The translations under genes and the position numbers were made by a program. This document shows positions 39,221-41,215 of a stretch of DNA of 41,215 nucleotides, piece by piece. The stretch's first letter is position 1. Every line of letters begins with the position of its first letter. The notes under the pieces were generated by a model that saw only the letters and a program-made list of their open reading frames with translations, did no database searches and was not told where the DNA came from. This DNA is from Bdellovibrionota bacterium (lineage in GTDB: Bacteria > Bdellovibrionota_C > UBA2361 > OMII01), in the NCBI GenBank assembly GCA_044356215.1, contig JBIKWQ010000028.1:1-41215 (forward strand). Reading direction: 5' to 3'.

Positions 39221-41089
39221 ATGTTTGCTCTTCCTAATTTGCCCTCAGACACCCCTCAGCCAGGCACCGAACAGACAACCGCTATTGATCTATCGGGTCT
39301 CGACCTATTCTTTGGCAACTTTGAGCACGCAAAGGTATATCTCCCAGGGTTCTCTTTTGCGAGTCGTGCTGACCGTGGTCTAAGAGATGTTTCGATATCT
39401 CGCAACTCAGGTGAAGAGGCTCTTTTTTGGATAACTATTGAGTCGCCTCCAGTTAATCCCTCAATAATAAAGTCACGTCAGGGGTTGATAATAGACCTAC
39501 GCGAACATATCCAAAGCACTAAAAGTATCCACTCCGAGATTGGAAAAAGATCTGTACTACAACATAATCTTACGATTCTCTTTACTATTCCAACAAGTGA
39601 GTACGGACGGTCGGATAATGCGCCGCGCAACAACCTAGAGATACTGATACAAGAGCACGGAGTAACCTCTGAAAACATACAAAGTAAATTAACTGAGCTA
39701 AGTCAGGCGCAACCTAGCAGCCACCATAGGGATCAAGAGCGTCCTGCACCTGTCGATATAATAAGGGGATTACTCTATTTGGAGCCTGTGAGGCAGGGAA
39801 TAATAGCTGCGATTAAAAAGATATCTGACTTCGAGGATCCAAACCTAAAAGCTATCTCGACCTCTCTGCTTGCCAGCGCTGAAGCATTGGGTGAGATAAC
39901 TTCCGAGCGCGTAATTTTAGCGGCACCAGACGAGCCGCAGCGTCTAGAGTTGGCTCAGCGAGTGAGTGACTTTAATGAGCAGCTATCAAAGTTTGGCATG
40001 TTGTGTTCATTTGCCAATCTCGCACAGGCAGATGGGTATTGCCTCTGTACATTTGACGAATCGAAAGATGATGGTTACAAGGAAGCCTGGAACATGCTCC
40101 GTGAGAAAAACGGCAACAGGGGGGACAGTAATGGCGAGGATGTGCCCCCACAAGTTACATGTGACTCTCCATCTACGAAACAGCACATAGTTATCTGCGG
40201 CTCAAACACCGCAGGAAAAACTTTCTGCGGAGAGCGTGATTTAAGTTTAAGGCTCGTAGCGCAGAGTTTTGGGCTGGCACCGGCTAGTCAGGCCAATATA
40301 CACATTGCTGATTCATTTATCCGAGTAGACCGAACCTCGCCAGCGTCATCAGAAGTGCTTATTAACGGCGTCAAGAAAAAGCCAAGCGATTTTGCAAGAG
40401 AGGTGTTAGTTCGAAGGGAGGCCTACCCTAAGATCGGGGCTCGCTGTCGCTGGTATTCAGATGAATCTTGGACTACAACTTCACCCAATTATGAGTTTCT
40501 TTTGAACGTTGCAGAGGCAATCTTTTTAAAGTCAAAAAACGTCAATCTTTTTACGATTACACACAACACAGAGGCTCTAAAATTTTGGAGCGATCAGACC
40601 GATACAAGTATTCATCACTTCCGAGTTGATGAATCAGATGGCAAAAACCCCAAGTTTACGAGGGAACTTGCTGAGGGGATAGATACAAGCCGCGCCTTTG
40701 AAGTGGCGCTTGATCTTGGGATTCACCAGCAGTTTGTTGAATTTGCCAGAAGGTACCTAAACGGACAGTACACCGTTGAGCGTCCAGATCCTCGTAATAT
40801 AAAAGTCGCTGCTTATTCCTCCGATGAACGAACTCGTCTAAAGCAATCCGCACAAAGTCTGAGATCTCTGGTCCCCCAAAGTGACGAATTGGTACAGGTA
40901 GAAGATTCTAACAAGCGGATATTTGTTAGATGGAGGTCTCTTAACGATCGACTGCGCAGCCCCGACAGCGATCGCTCCATGCCACTTCCAATCGGGCATA
41001 GGGCATGGGATAATCGTTATCGGTTTCCATTTTCGGTTATAAGTAATAATAACGACCATTTTCTCGCATTTGATCGCAAATTCCCGTTT
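39221..41089 (+). pseudogene. Divergent MutS-related ATPase (domain V), interrupted by IS30; absent from the ORF track
   Basis: Hand translation from ATG 39221 is open to the window end: ICGSNTAGKT (Walker A ~40199-40222), VAQSFGLAPA, SDFAREV, WYSDES, ITHN, LAEG..TSRAFEVA..LG.....A..YL. Confidence 0.8.
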
Positions 41090-41215
41090 GGTAGATTCAA
41101 CTCCGAAACGCAACACCTAGAATGCGTATCGCATCTAGGTAGTTATGGAAGATTCAAAAGGACAGTTAGGTGTGGCCGAAAGGCGAGTGATTTGGAAGTA
41201 TCGGAAGCTTGGATA
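41090..41215 (+). mobile_element. IS30-family insertion sequence, left end (IRL 41090-41115, transposase ATG 41145), running off the window
   Basis: Inverted identical copy of 1-125; IS30-like IRL and transposase N-terminus. Confidence 0.85.

Noticed and set aside
39186..41116. Short ORFs listed in the last 2 kb
   Set aside because: Shadows of the long MutS-like frame starting at 39221.

Overview
Bacterial chromosomal segment bounded at both ends by the left ends of two inverted IS30-family elements, each interrupting a gene. From left to right it carries: a DUF1826-like gene between 307-bp direct repeats that duplicate the 3' end of cbpA; cbpA; a CorA-like protein without the GMN motif; an HTTM-like membrane protein; a sugar dehydrogenase-PKD protein; and yciH. 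Next is a compact non-flagellar type III secretion export cluster (sctI-like, an SctO/SctP-like protein, sctR, sctS, sctT). Its SctU/FlhB is split into two genes, lacks NPTH, and has a hybrid histidine kinase between the halves. Then come an N-terminally truncated Cre-like tyrosine recombinase, a 68-repeat type I-F CRISPR array and a rearranged I-F operon (cas2-3, cas8f, cas5f, cas7f, cas6f, cas1). The right part holds two small secreted-protein genes between diverged ~119-bp repeats with a parS-like palindrome, an OafA-type acyltransferase, guaA, and a divergent MutS-type ATPase absent from the ORF track. The best novelty candidates are the split-SctU secretion module and the recombinase/CRISPR-Cas block. 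All family calls come from motif recognition by eye; no searches were run.
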